The position numbers were made by a program, and so were the translations under genes. Of a DNA stretch of 64,000 nt, positions 28,652 to 39,134 are shown in pieces. The stretch is taken from NCBI GenBank assembly GCA_963666055.2, contig CAXWPH010000015.1, positions 1,056,001 through 1,120,000 of the forward strand, in the 5' to 3' direction. Numbering within the stretch: position 1 is the stretch's first letter; each line of letters begins with the position of its first letter. The notes beneath the pieces were generated by a model. The model was given only the letters and a program-made list of their open reading frames with translations, made no database searches and was not told the origin of the DNA. The stretch is from Acidobacteriota bacterium. Lineage in GTDB: Bacteria; Acidobacteriota; UBA890; WLXD01.

Positions 28652-30658
28652 CTAGGCGGGCAGCAACTCGTCTGTGCTGGAGGCTCTTCGCCGGGCGCGG
28701 CTTCGAACGAGGAGCTGCTCGCGGGCGGCTCGATGCGCCTCGTCGATGGCCGAGTCCGTGTGTGTCGAGGCAGCGGCATCGGAGTTGGCGATCGAAATCC
28801 GACCGAATCGCCGCCTTCCGACGACGCACGGCCGATCGTCGGGGGCGAACAGCGCCCACTCGATCGGATCGTCCAGGGTGTTGTAGCTATAGGCATAGCC
28901 GTGCGGCCAGCGATTCACGGTGATCGCTTCGATGTCGCGGGCCGGGTCGAATCCCCCACCCTCCAAGGTTCGACCGAGTTGGTCGCGGATGTTGCGCTCG
29001 AAGGTCTCGAAGGTGGCGGCCAGCAGATCCTCGCGCCCGATCCGATGTTGCTCCTTCTTCGGGTGTCCAGGAGCGCAAGGAGTCCTGTACATCTCCACGA
29101 TCATCGGATCGTCAGGCGATGTGGAGGGCTCGTAGTCACCGAACTGGATGGAGCGGCCCAGGTTCACCCCGCTGTGGTACATCCCCGGAGCGGTCACCGC
29201 TGAGATGCCCAGGTTCGTGAAGGCTGTCCAATTTCGGATGAGAACGCTAGTGGAGACGAGCGGCATCTTGACGCCATACATGAGCGCCGTCTTCTGCTCG
29301 TCGGGCATCTCGGGGCACAGGTGCGGGATGACCCCGTTGTAGCACCCCATTACACAGTGCGCCGCCCGTACCTTCTCGGCCTTGCCGCCGCGCACATAAG
29401 TAATCTCGACCTCGCGAGCGGTGTCGGGATCGCCTAGGTACCGGGCGGAGATCACCGTGCTGTTGAGGCGGATCCTGGCGTCGGAGCCGGCGCGGTCGAT
29501 GTGGTCGTAGGCCAGCCGCGACGTCATCGAGTCGTCCAGCGAGGTGCCCGGAAGCGCCTCGGGAATCATCGCCCGAACCAGCAGCCGGGCCACCGTCGCG
29601 TTGCCGTCGGGAAAGTAGATGTCCGGTCGTTCGTCCCACTCGTTCTCGCGACCGTGTTGTCCGCCGCCGATGTGGGCGAGGGGGCCGACGGGGGAGAGGG
29701 GTTCGAGGTTCATCCCCTGGAAGCCGGGATAGCCCTGCACCCATCCATAGAGCGCCGGATGGGCGTCGATGCCGACGCAGAAGCTGCCCTTCGGGCGGTC
29801 GTCGAAGAAGGCGATCACCTCGAGGTGAACCTTGGCGAGGTCGAGGAGGAAGTCCCGATAACTAATCCGCGCCAGGCGCTCCTTCTTGTCGGCATCCGAC
29901 AGCCCGGGCATATAGTCCGGGTTCGCACTGTCGTCGTAGAGCCGCGCGATGTCCCGCTGTGCCTCTGGAGACATCGGGGTCTGGGCGAGCCAATCGGCCC
30001 ATCCACCGGATTGCCCGCCGCGTCCCATCACCAGCCGATCCTCGCCGAACACCTCCTTGGCGAAGAACGTGGCGTTGCCGAGGCCCAACGATCCGTAGAA
30101 CCTCCTACCGGCAGTGCTGGTGGCATTTGCACTGTCGATGTCGATGCCGATCGCGGCGAGGAGCGTCCGGGAGACGGCGCTGTAGTGGCCCACGGACTCC
30201 AGGTACGACGTGCCGCCGGGCAGCATCAGCGTACGGCCTCGGTAGGTCATCTCGTTGCGCTTGGCATGGCCGCCGAAGTCATCGTGGTTGTCGAGCACCA
30301 GCACCCGTGCGCCGCGGCCCGCCGAGGTCAGGAAGAAATAGGCCGCCGAGAGCCCGCTCAGCCCCCCTCCGACCACCACCATGTCGTAGCTCTCACCCGT
30401 GTCGGCGACATCGGTCCAGGTTTTCCCGTCGCGCAGCGCATGGGCGACCTCGAACGAACCGGGGTGGCTGCCACGCATGCCAGTCAGAGCCGGCGGATAG
30501 TATTCCTGCGCCGGAGACGCAGAGGGCGTGCCCTCGCGCGCCGACAGCCAGCCAGGTGCGATCAGCGACCCCCCGATGGCAACCCCCACACCATTGACGA
30601 AGTCGCGCCGGCTGATATCCCGGTGCATCCCGAGATCACGATCCTTACTCCTGGACAT
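28652..30658 (-). CDS. Spermidine dehydrogenase (SpdH)-like FAD oxidoreductase, Tat, paralog A
   Basis: SRRDF signal. YYPPALTGMRGSH, GGGLSG, DNHDDFGGHAKRNE, FPDGNA and ITVNRWPHGY motifs. Confidence 0.88.
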   Translation of the reverse strand: MSRSKDRDLGMHRDISRRDFVNGVGVAIGGSLIAPGWLSAREGTPSASPAQEYYPPALTGMRGSHPGSFEVAHALRDGKTWTDVADTGESYDMVVVGGGLSGLSAAYFFLTSAGRGARVLVLDNHDDFGGHAKRNEMTYRGRTLMLPGGTSYLESVGHYSAVSRTLLAAIGIDIDSANATSTAGRRFYGSLGLGNATFFAKEVFGEDRLVMGRGGQSGGWADWLAQTPMSPEAQRDIARLYDDSANPDYMPGLSDADKKERLARISYRDFLLDLAKVHLEVIAFFDDRPKGSFCVGIDAHPALYGWVQGYPGFQGMNLEPLSPVGPLAHIGGGQHGRENEWDERPDIYFPDGNATVARLLVRAMIPEALPGTSLDDSMTSRLAYDHIDRAGSDARIRLNSTVISARYLGDPDTAREVEITYVRGGKAEKVRAAHCVMGCYNGVIPHLCPEMPDEQKTALMYGVKMPLVSTSVLIRNWTAFTNLGISAVTAPGMYHSGVNLGRSIQFGDYEPSTSPDDPMIVEMYRTPCAPGHPKKEQHRIGREDLLAATFETFERNIRDQLGRTLEGGGFDPARDIEAITVNRWPHGYAYSYNTLDDPIEWALFAPDDRPCVVGRRRFGRISIANSDAAASTHTDSAIDEAHRAAREQLLVRSRARRRASSTDELLPA

Positions 30659-30741
30659 ATGCCTCTCCAGATTCTCTAGCGGGGGACCGGCTCGGAGCGC
30701 CGGCTTTTCTCAAGTCCGAACCATGCGTAGATCGCATGCAA

Positions 30742-30777
30742 AATCTGCCGGTCCAGAGCCAATGTCAAGCTAGCCTG
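30742..30777 (-). promoter_or_regulatory. Sigma70-like promoter TTGACA-N17-GATTTT of SpdH-like paralog A
   Basis: About 30 bp identical to the block upstream of paralog C (45302-45338). Perfect -35. Confidence 0.55.
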
Positions 30778-30975
30778 AAACACCGGCCGGCACCGGTGAC
30801 GCTTGCGCCTAGTCGCAATGCTCGACCGAGAGTGGAGCTCTTCAGGCTCGTCCCTTTGGATCTCGTCCGCTCAACGATCGGACCTCGCTCTGTTGTCCCG
30901 TTGTCGCATCGCGTCGCCTCGGTCACACTGTGATCCGAATAGCACTACTGAATCCGTCCGATCGGTGAATCGACT

Positions 30976-32451
30976 ATGCCCAGGCGGCATTCCCCGTCCC
31001 GACTTCGCGCCACCGTCAAAAGCGCAGGCTTCACGCTCATGCTCGCTGCGTCTCTCGTCGGCGCGGGCGACGCGACGCGCGCCTGGGCGACGGTGGCTCA
31101 GGCACCCCAGCGTCCCAACATGGTCGTTGTTCTGGTCGACGACATGCGCTGGGACGATTTTGGTGCCGGCGGTCACCCGTTCGTGCAGACGCCCAATATC
31201 GACCGCGTAGCCCGCGAGGGGGTTCGGTTTCTCAACGCGTTCACCACCACCCCGCTTTGCTCGCCGAGCCGCGCGTCGTTCCTGACCGGACTCTACGCCC
31301 ACACGCACGGGATCACCGATAATCTGGCGCGCGACGAGGCCAGCCACCGGTTGCCAACGTTCCCGCGAGCCCTGCAGGCGAGTGGCTACGAGACCGCGTT
31401 CATCGGCAAGTGGCACATGGGCAACGATGACAGCCCTCGCCCCGGCTTCGATCGCTGGGTGGCAATGCGCGGTCAGGGTGAGGCCGTGGATCCGCTGCTC
31501 AACATCGACGGTACCCGGACGCCGTCCGAAGGCTATGTAACCGACGTGCTCACAGAGCACGCGCTCGAGTTTATCGAGCGATCTCGCGACGCTCCTTTTC
31601 TCCTCTACCTCTCACACAAAGCAATGCACCCAAACGTGGTGCAGCACGACGACGGCAGCACTGGCGCCGTCGCCGGCCAGCCGAGCGGCTTCATAGCGGC
31701 GGAGCGACATCGGGGACGCTATGCCGCCGCGACGATCTCACGGCGTCTGAACGCCCTCCGACCCATCGTCGGCAAGCCGGCGCTTCAACGTCCGATCGAG
31801 GGCCTTTCAGCGCTGACGCCGGGGGGCGGCACCACCGACGCCACCATACGGCAGCGTCTGGAGATGCTCCTGAGCGTCGACGACAGTCTGGGGCGGATCC
31901 TCAACGCCCTGCAGACGCGTGCCGAGCTCGACAACACCGTTGTGGTGGTGGCGGGCGACCATGGTTATTTCTACGGCGAGCACGGCCTGGGAGGTGAGCG
32001 GCGCCTGGCCTACGAGGAGACGGCGCGGATCCCGTTGCTGGTTCGCTACCCGCCTCTCGCCACCGCCGGAGCCACGCTGTCGCATCTCGTGCTCAGCATC
32101 GACCTCGCCCCGACCCTCCTGGAGATCGGCGAATCCCAGCCCGCGCGCCCCCTGCATGGTCGCTCCCTGGTCCCGATCATGCGCGGCGACGAGCCCGATT
32201 GGAGACGATCGCTGCTCATTGAGTACTACACCGACACCGTCTTCCCACGCATCGTCAGCATGGGGTACCGGGCTGTTCGCACCGAGCGCCACAAGTACAT
32301 CCGGTATCTGGAGCTCGAGGGTATGGACGAGCTCTACGATCTCGAAGTCGACCCCCACGAGCTCACCAACCTGATCGACTCGGTCTCCCACACGCGGATC
32401 CTCGAAAGCCTGCGCGCGGAGCTCGAAAGGCTGCTCGACGAAAGCTCCTGA
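30976..32451 (+). CDS. Sulfatase (N-acetylglucosamine-6-sulfatase-like)
   Basis: DD, CSPSR formylglycine motif, GKWH, DHG and ELYDL. Signal peptide. Confidence 0.92.
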   Translation: MPRRHSPSRLRATVKSAGFTLMLAASLVGAGDATRAWATVAQAPQRPNMVVVLVDDMRWDDFGAGGHPFVQTPNIDRVAREGVRFLNAFTTTPLCSPSRASFLTGLYAHTHGITDNLARDEASHRLPTFPRALQASGYETAFIGKWHMGNDDSPRPGFDRWVAMRGQGEAVDPLLNIDGTRTPSEGYVTDVLTEHALEFIERSRDAPFLLYLSHKAMHPNVVQHDDGSTGAVAGQPSGFIAAERHRGRYAAATISRRLNALRPIVGKPALQRPIEGLSALTPGGGTTDATIRQRLEMLLSVDDSLGRILNALQTRAELDNTVVVVAGDHGYFYGEHGLGGERRLAYEETARIPLLVRYPPLATAGATLSHLVLSIDLAPTLLEIGESQPARPLHGRSLVPIMRGDEPDWRRSLLIEYYTDTVFPRIVSMGYRAVRTERHKYIRYLELEGMDELYDLEVDPHELTNLIDSVSHTRILESLRAELERLLDESS

Positions 32452-32479
32452 CGACCCTCCGTGGTGATCATTCCGCGCT

Positions 32480-32753
32480 AGTGGCCTGTAACAGATAATC
32501 GTTGCATATCGTGGTGACGAAATGGGTGCGGATGCCAGGCGCGACGACGAGACGATGTTTGCCCATCGTGGAGGAGGAGCAACGCCGCAGACGGGCCGAT
32601 TTCGCCGCCATCCTGCGGACAGATGGGCAGTTGCGGGCGATCTCGGCGTTGCGGCTCGTCGACGATGCCCATTGCATCGCCTTCCTCGCCGCGCCTTGAT
32701 CTCACCCGCAAATCCCATCTGCGATATGCAACGATTATCTGTTACAGGCCACT
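32480..32753. mobile_element. 274-bp TIR element, copy 3 (same interior, different TIR)
   Basis: Perfect 32-bp TIR AGTGGCCTGTAACAGATAATCGTTGCATATCG, extended by CATTCCGC/GCGGAATG. Interior aligns with 54976-55252. Confidence 0.85.
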
Positions 32754-32889
32754 CGAGCGGAATGTGCTCTTGACCACCGGGGCCTCATATCAAAGGATCG
32801 GCGCGACAGCCTCGAAAGGACTTGTCGTCCCCGCTGCCGGGGTCGGACCTGCGCCGCAGCCACGATCAGGCGTCTCGAGGAGAGAAACG

Positions 32890-34890
32890 ATGAAAAAGAC
32901 GGATCCAGAGCTCGGAATGGATCGCGACATCACGCGGCGCGATTTCTTGAACGGCGCCAGTGTAGCGATCGGTGGCACGTTGTTCTCCGCAGCACCTGCA
33001 GTCGCTGGACCGCCGTCCGCGGCCGACGCCGCGCGGCGACCCCAGGCAGCGACGTTGCCACAGAGCTCAGCCGACTACTACCCGCCGGCATTGACCGGGC
33101 TGCGTGGCAGCCATGAGGGTTCCTACGAGGTCGCCCATGAGATGCGGACCGGCAAGACCTGGGACCGAGCCGAGGAGACCGGCGAGCTCTACGATCTGAT
33201 TGTGGTCGGTGGCGGGCTCAGCGGGCTGGCGGCGGCCTACTACTTCCGCAAGGCCTTGCCGGAATCCAAGGTCCTGGTTCTGGACAACCACGACGACTTC
33301 GGGGGGCACGCCAAGCGAAACGAGTTCAGGGTCGGCGACCGGCAGGTGATCGGTCACGGCGGCTCGGTCTATATCACCGGGGCCTACACGCCGGAGGGCA
33401 AGGCGTTGCTCGACGACATCGGCCTCAACGTCGAGCGTTTCCGCAAGCTGCCGGACTTCGACCGCGGCCTCTACGGCAGGATGGGTCTGCAACGCGGCGT
33501 GTTCTTCGACGAGGAGACCTTCGGCGTCGATCGACTCGCAGTCGGTGAGCCGAGCAGCTCGGTCAATTACATCGGCGCTGCGGGCAGCGCGCAGCCTTGG
33601 ACGGCGTTCCTCGCCAAGACCCCCCTCTCGCAAGCGGTACAACAGGACATCGTCAGGCTCCACGAGGACACCCGCGACTATCTTCCGGATTTGACCAAGG
33701 AAGAGAAGATCGAGCGGCTGCGCAAGATGAGCTATCAGGACTATCTTCTGAAGGTCGCGAAAGTGGACCCGGGCGTCATTCCCTACTTTCTCCGGCATGG
33801 CGACCCGAACGGCGCCGCCGGTATCGATTCCTATAGCGCCTGGGGAGCGCTGCGCTCCGGCCTGTTTCCCGGCCTCGGTGGTCTCGGGCTCGAGCGGCCC
33901 GACAGAAACTGGCTGGGTGAGGAGGACAACCCGCTGGAGGGCATCCACTTCCCCGACGGCAATGCCGGCATCGCCCGACTCATCGTCCGCTGGCTGATTC
34001 CGAAAGCGCTGCCCGGACACACCATGGAGGACTCGGTCGCGACCCCGGTTCGCTACGCCGCATTGGACGAGTCCGGAAGTCAGAGCCGCATCCGCCTCAA
34101 CAGCACCGTCGTGGGCGTGAAGCACGTGGGCGACAAGCGAACAGCAAACGAAGTAGAGGTGACCTATGTTCGCGACAACAAGGCCTACCGAGTGCGGGGC
34201 GGGACCTGCGTGCTTGCCTGCTACAACTCGATGATCCCGTATCTCTGCCCGGAGCTGCCGGGGGAGCAGAAAGAAGCACTGCACATGGCGGTGCGGCGAC
34301 CTTTCGTCTACACCAATGTCGTGGTGCGCGACTGGAAGGCATTCCACAAGCTCGGCGTGTCGGGCGTTCACTGCCCCGGCAGCTACTACGAATCGATCGA
34401 CCTGGACTGGGGCGTCAGCCTGGGTGACTACCAGTGCGCCCATACGCCGGACGAACCGATGTTCCTTCGCCTGATACGTTCGCCCATTGCACCGGGGCTC
34501 ACGGCCCGGGATCAATTCCGGGAGGGGCGGCAGGAGCTGCAGACGACCACGTTCGAGACCTACGAGCGGAATATCAGAGAGCTGTTGAGCCGAGTGCTGG
34601 AGGGCGGGGGCTTCGACCCGGCGCGCGACATCGCTGCCATCACCGTCAACCGCTGGCCGCATGGCTATGCCGGGGGAGCGAACGATCTCTACGATCCGGA
34701 GTGGTCGTACGATCAGGCACCGTGGGTAAAGGGGCGCCAGCGGTTCGGACGCATCACCGTTGCCAACTCCGACGCAGCCGCAGTATGCCTGATGCAGGCG
34801 GCCTTCGATCAGGCACACCGCGCTGTCGGAGAGCTGCTCACCGACGTCATCCGGCCCGAGTTCCAGTACCCGTGGGCCGAGCGAACCTGA
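32890..34890 (+). CDS. SpdH-like FAD oxidoreductase, Tat, paralog B
   Basis: TRRDFLN signal and the same motifs as paralog A. GAGGAG RBS. Confidence 0.88.
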   Translation: MKKTDPELGMDRDITRRDFLNGASVAIGGTLFSAAPAVAGPPSAADAARRPQAATLPQSSADYYPPALTGLRGSHEGSYEVAHEMRTGKTWDRAEETGELYDLIVVGGGLSGLAAAYYFRKALPESKVLVLDNHDDFGGHAKRNEFRVGDRQVIGHGGSVYITGAYTPEGKALLDDIGLNVERFRKLPDFDRGLYGRMGLQRGVFFDEETFGVDRLAVGEPSSSVNYIGAAGSAQPWTAFLAKTPLSQAVQQDIVRLHEDTRDYLPDLTKEEKIERLRKMSYQDYLLKVAKVDPGVIPYFLRHGDPNGAAGIDSYSAWGALRSGLFPGLGGLGLERPDRNWLGEEDNPLEGIHFPDGNAGIARLIVRWLIPKALPGHTMEDSVATPVRYAALDESGSQSRIRLNSTVVGVKHVGDKRTANEVEVTYVRDNKAYRVRGGTCVLACYNSMIPYLCPELPGEQKEALHMAVRRPFVYTNVVVRDWKAFHKLGVSGVHCPGSYYESIDLDWGVSLGDYQCAHTPDEPMFLRLIRSPIAPGLTARDQFREGRQELQTTTFETYERNIRELLSRVLEGGGFDPARDIAAITVNRWPHGYAGGANDLYDPEWSYDQAPWVKGRQRFGRITVANSDAAAVCLMQAAFDQAHRAVGELLTDVIRPEFQYPWAERT

Positions 34891-34929
34891 TCGCGGAACA
34901 GGCTGCCGGTTGACTTGACAGCGCCGTGG

Positions 34930-35262
34930 TTAGACATCGACCTGGCGAAGGCGATCGAGGCGTAGCCGATGGTGATGGTCGAAGAGCCGATGATAGGCGA
35001 AGAACACGACGCCGAAGGCGCCCAAGGCGGCCGCTGAGGCGATCATGAACATGATGACGATCTGGTAACGGACCGCGTCGCCGGGTTCGGCGCCAGCGAG
35101 GATCTGGCCGGTCATCATTCCGGGCAGGCTGACGACGCCCATCACCATCATCGAGTTGATCGTAGGAATCAGCCCGACCCGCATGGCATCGCGGATGTGC
35201 TCGTGTGCCGCCTCCCAGCGGGTACCGCCGAGCGCCAGCGTCGCCGTCGCACACAACAGCAT
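34930..35262 (-). pseudogene. fetB: C-terminal fragment of a FetB/YbbM (UPF0014) ABC permease
   Basis: LIPTINSM.VMGVVSLPGMMTGQILAG.P..AVRYQIVIMFMI. Only about 110 aa of a ~260-aa family. Confidence 0.75.
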
Positions 35263-35487
35263 CTCGCCCCCTCCCAGGTCACTACTAGAGTGGCGGTAAC
35301 TCGAGCTTTCCGCTAGAAACCATCGGTCATGCTAGCCGCTCCTCGACCGGGAGCCATCCGCCAGTTTTACTCTAGCCGTGATGCTGTCGGCGTGGAAGGA
35401 GCGTCGTTGGGCCTACTCGGTCCGCAACGCCTCGAGAGGAGGATTCACCGATGAGGCTCGCCATGCGGGCACCTCGACGTTGTAGCC

Positions 35488-35530
35488 TCCACGAGGTCCT
35501 CGAACCAATTGAGCACAACGCGAATGCGCG
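35488..35530 (-). pseudogene. Divergent orphan kinase C-terminal tail
   Basis: Minus frame reads RIRVVLNWFEDLVE. Confidence 0.65.
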
Positions 35531-35538
35531 CCGGGCGG

Positions 35539-35973
35539 CTACCGCCGCGAAAGTCGGTTGCGGTAGGCGCGCGTGCGGCACCTGTCAGTGCAGTACTTCG
35601 CGTCTGAACGTGACGGATAGAACCGTGACCCGCACTCGTGGCAGATCGCTGGCGCATCGTCGCCCGCAATGGACTCAATCATCTTCAGGAACTGCGCCAG
35701 GTAGCGAAGGCGTTCCCGGAGCTCGGGCAACGATTCTCTGGCGTCCTCTGGGTCGAGCACGTCCCAGCGAAAATCAGCATTCTCTTTGCAAGGAATACGG
35801 TTGACGACAGCCCACAGTGCTTCGTGTGGGTACCAACGATGACGCCCAGACGCGTCACCCGAGTAAAGCCATATAGACGGTTTGACTCTCATATCGTTAC
35901 GATAACAGCCGTAACGGGCCCGGTAAAATACCGTCTGCTCTTGTCCGCGTGCTTGAGGCGCCCCTACCCGCAT
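35539..35973 (-). CDS. Small protein with C-terminal CGNR-like zinc finger
   Basis: CHECGSRFYPSRSDAKYCTDRCRTRAYR. Start uncertain. Confidence 0.65.
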   Translation of the reverse strand: MRVGAPQARGQEQTVFYRARYGCYRNDMRVKPSIWLYSGDASGRHRWYPHEALWAVVNRIPCKENADFRWDVLDPEDARESLPELRERLRYLAQFLKMIESIAGDDAPAICHECGSRFYPSRSDAKYCTDRCRTRAYRNRLSRR

Positions 35974-36097
35974 TGACGAGGGGATCTACCGGTCGCTCCG
36001 CCGAGACCAACAACCTCTTGCCAGCACCGATTCAATGAGTTACGAAGTGGTCCCAACAGTTGGGGCAGGTGACTCGGGCGAAGAGAGGGAAAGCTGC

Positions 36098-36343
36098 ATG
36101 AAAGAGCAAGCAATCAAACTCCGAAAGAACCGGAAGTTCATGGTCCAGATCCTGGACGACAGAATTGCCTGGATCCGCGAAGATGTCGATGAGGGTAGTT
36201 TCTTTGCTGACACCGACGAGTGGATATTCGACCTCTACAGATTGCTCAAGAAAGCAGATGAATTGAAGGCCTTCGAGCATCTCAAGTTCGACGGTTGGGA
36301 CGAGGAAACCGACACTGGATCAAGTTTCATCTATATCCCGTGA
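36098..36343 (+). CDS. Small hypothetical protein
   Basis: 81-aa charged ORF with lower GC and a purine-rich upstream stretch (GAGGGAAAG). Confidence 0.5.
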   Translation: MKEQAIKLRKNRKFMVQILDDRIAWIREDVDEGSFFADTDEWIFDLYRLLKKADELKAFEHLKFDGWDEETDTGSSFIYIP

Positions 36344-36404
36344 TTCCCACAACCCTGTCGCTATCAGGCCGGGTCGCTCTACTAAAGCTGTGGTTAACGC
36401 CGAG

Positions 36405-36790
36405 AATGCCGTTTTACGGCAAGCGCCTGTCCCGCATTTATTGGCGCAGCACCCCGTGCCTAATAGTGACGGGTAGATACGTGACACCGATCTTCGCAGA
36501 TGTCGGCTAGGGTCCTCCAGCCATGAACTGAGTTGATCTTCAGGAACTGCACGCGGTAGCGAAGGTGGTTCCGGCCAGGTGCTTGTTGTGGGGATCGCCG
36601 TGATGGTTAGACCCGTCACACTAGAAATTGTCATCACACTCTGGTTCCAGTGCTGCGTACAATCGCCGAGGTCGGGCAACAGCTCCCTGGCGCCCGCTCG
36701 GTTCGAGTACGCCCCCGAGTTGGGCGTGTATGGTCTTGTTACCATGCCGTTACAGTAATAGGCGTAACGGATCCGGGAGATCTCGCGCGC
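36405..36790 (-). pseudogene. Frameshifted paralog of the zinc-finger gene at 35539-35973
   Basis: Pieces in different frames match the paralog: RIRYAYYCNGM~RARYGCYRNDM, ARELLPDL~ARESLPEL, LRYRVQFLK~LRYLAQFLK, SRIYPS..CANKC~SRFYPS..CTDRC. Confidence 0.6.
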
Positions 36791-36990
36791 TCGCCAGCAG
36801 GCGGTTCGCGCCAGGTCTCGGGGCTCTTGAGCAGATGCACGTTTGCCCGGTGTCCCAATTCGGCCATGCCTCCGTGATGAGGAGCTTGCCCACCCCGTGC
36901 GCGTTGTTGCGCCCGGTTCTCGGTGGACCGGCCGGTCATGGTCCGCCGGCGATGCGGTTGACGAGCGGGCCATGGCCTTCGCGGCCGCGG

Positions 36991-37053
36991 TTGGATCTCG
37001 CCCGCGCTGGCGATAGGCTGCAGGCGCTCAACCCACCTGCCGCTGGTAGTGCC
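36991..37053 (+). promoter_or_regulatory. Kinase promoter TTGGAT-N17-TAGGCT plus leader
   Basis: Hexamers at 36991-36996 and 37014-37019. Confidence 0.75.
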
Positions 37054-37245
37054 ATGGAACCCGATACTCGAGTAGGCTACAACGAGATCCATGCCCCGGT
37101 CAGCGCAGGTGGGATGGGCGACCGAGCTGGCGACGCGGCGCTGGATCGTGATGTCGCGATCAAGGTGCTGCCCGAGTGCTCTCGATCATCCGCATCTCCC
37201 TCAACGTGGCGATGCCGCTAGACTGGTTCGACGGCTCGTAGCCCA
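37054..37245 (+). pseudogene. Collapsed Ser/Thr kinase remnant (5' end, ALDHPH piece and 3' tail)
   Basis: MEPDTRVGYNEIHAPVSAGGMGD..LDRDVAIKVLPE, then GCTCTCGATCATCCGCAT, then ACTGGTTCGACGGCTCGT (tail with a 10-bp deletion). Confidence 0.85.
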
Positions 37246-37274
37246 TCCACAACTCCGTCCTCCTGGAGGAACCC

Positions 37275-37787
37275 ATGAAGCACGCCAGTCGCACCTTCTT
37301 CGTCGCGGCACTTTTCTTCATCCTGAGCAGTGGCGCGCCTGTAGCCGGCCAGGACCTGACGTCCTCGCAGGAGGCCCTCATCAAGGCGGAGGCACAGCAT
37401 CACGTCGAGTACTACTACAACTTGTACTACGAGAGGGATCCGGAGGCGCTATCGACGGAGGTCTTCAGTCTGCCGTGGATCACGATAGGCGCAAACGGAA
37501 TTCGGATCGCGATGACAGAGGAAGAGAATCTGGCGTATTTCGAGTCGGCGATCGCAGGACTGATCGACCGGGACTGGAACCGATCGATTTTCACGACCAA
37601 GAACGTCTGTGTCCTCACTGCCGGTTCCGCGATTGTCAGCGGCACGAATACCCGCACGCGCACGGACGGCAGCATCATGTCTGTCGGCGGCGTGACCTAC
37701 ATCCTCGGGAAGACGGACGAAGGCTGGCGCATCATCTCCTACTCGGGCCATCCCCCAGACAGGGTCGTGCGTTGCGATGTCGAGTGA
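37275..37787 (+). CDS. Secreted NTF2/SnoaL-like protein
   Basis: Signal peptide, C-terminal TYILGKTDEGWRI, GGAGG RBS. Confidence 0.75.
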   Translation: MKHASRTFFVAALFFILSSGAPVAGQDLTSSQEALIKAEAQHHVEYYYNLYYERDPEALSTEVFSLPWITIGANGIRIAMTEEENLAYFESAIAGLIDRDWNRSIFTTKNVCVLTAGSAIVSGTNTRTRTDGSIMSVGGVTYILGKTDEGWRIISYSGHPPDRVVRCDVE

Positions 37788-37988
37788 ATCTTGATGTGAG
37801 CTGTGGCCGCCGGCTCGTGGGTGTGTTTCAGGACGCTGTCCGAGTCGCACACGGTTCGCCGCGAGTCCACGCGTAGACTCGAAGCGTTTTGTGTGCGCCG
37901 GTTGCGCGGGCGCGCGAATTGACAGGGTATGCGGCCGCCACTAAGACTGCGGTCTTCAGTGGACCCAATGGCTCGACGAGGTGCTCCC

Positions 37989-39134
37989 ATGCGAAACACC
38001 TTGGCTCTCACGGTGTTGCTGACTCTCGCCAGTCCGTTCCCGGGCTCGGCGCAGGTCGACTCCATCGCCGAACCCTTCAAAGTCGGGACCTTCGAGATCG
38101 ACGGGACCCCCGAGGTGGGGGTTGTCCTTCGCGACCGCTACGTCGTGGCGCTCGATCGCGCCAACGCCGAACTGGAGCGTGACCCCGCGTATCCGCAGAT
38201 CCCGCTCCCTGCCGACATGTTGGAGCTCATCGGTCGGTACGAGTACGGGATGAAGGCTCGACTATACGAGCTGGTCGACCATGTGATCGCAGAGGACATG
38301 CTCACCGGAGATCGCCCGGACTACGTCTATGATCTGGGCGAGGTGCGCACGCTTCCGCCCATTCTGTATCCAGGCAAGATCCTCAACGCGGCGGTGAATT
38401 TCTACAGCCACGTCAACGAGTCGGGGTCGGCCGAGGAGCGTGTAGAAGCACGTCGCCAGCGGCGTGAGAATCGCGGCGTGCCGTACCTATTCATGAAACC
38501 CAGCCGGGGCGCGGTGATCGGCAACGGCGACCCTATCGTCATCCCGTTTGGTCGGGACCGCATCGACTGGGAAGTCGAGCTCGGTGCGGTGATCGGCCGG
38601 ATGGCCAAGTACGTTTCCGCCAACGACGCGGAGGCACACATCTTCGGCTACACGGTGACGCTCGATATCTCCGATCGCGGCGGCCGGCCGCCGGGCGGGA
38701 ACCCTCTCCGGTCCGACTGGTTCGTCGGTAAGGGCCACGACACGTTCGCCCCTCAGGGTCCCTGGATCGTGCCGAAGGAGTTCTACGGGAATCCTATGGA
38801 GATTCTCCGACAGACGCTGAGCGTCGGAGACGAGCAGATGCAGGAGGCCACGGCAGGCGACATGATTCACACGCTGTGGGAGTTGGTCGAATATGCGTCC
38901 TCGATCGTCACGTTATTCCCGGGCGATGTGATCAACAACGGAACGTCGGGTGGCACCGGCGTGGGCACCGCCGTTCGCGGCGAGCAGCGCTTTCTCCAAC
39001 CTGGCGAGGTGATCGAGGCCACCATCGACGGGATCGGTACGCTGCGGATGCCGGTGGTGGGCGAAAGTGAGCCGACTGGGCTCACGGGTGCCCAGCTCAC
39101 ACCGGGTCGGGTATACCGGCCGGAGGAGCGCTGA
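37989..39134 (+). CDS. Fumarylacetoacetate hydrolase family protein with signal peptide
   Basis: NF..H, FMKP, DWEVELG, DISDR, GKGHDT and PGDVI.GT motifs. Hydrophobic N-terminus ending GSA-Q. Confidence 0.88.
   Translation: MRNTLALTVLLTLASPFPGSAQVDSIAEPFKVGTFEIDGTPEVGVVLRDRYVVALDRANAELERDPAYPQIPLPADMLELIGRYEYGMKARLYELVDHVIAEDMLTGDRPDYVYDLGEVRTLPPILYPGKILNAAVNFYSHVNESGSAEERVEARRQRRENRGVPYLFMKPSRGAVIGNGDPIVIPFGRDRIDWEVELGAVIGRMAKYVSANDAEAHIFGYTVTLDISDRGGRPPGGNPLRSDWFVGKGHDTFAPQGPWIVPKEFYGNPMEILRQTLSVGDEQMQEATAGDMIHTLWELVEYASSIVTLFPGDVINNGTSGGTGVGTAVRGEQRFLQPGEVIEATIDGIGTLRMPVVGESEPTGLTGAQLTPGRVYRPEER

Noticed and set aside
32623-32889. Extended N-terminus of SpdH-like paralog B
   Set aside because: Starts inside the 274-bp repeat. 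Paralog alignment and RBS support the ATG at 32890.
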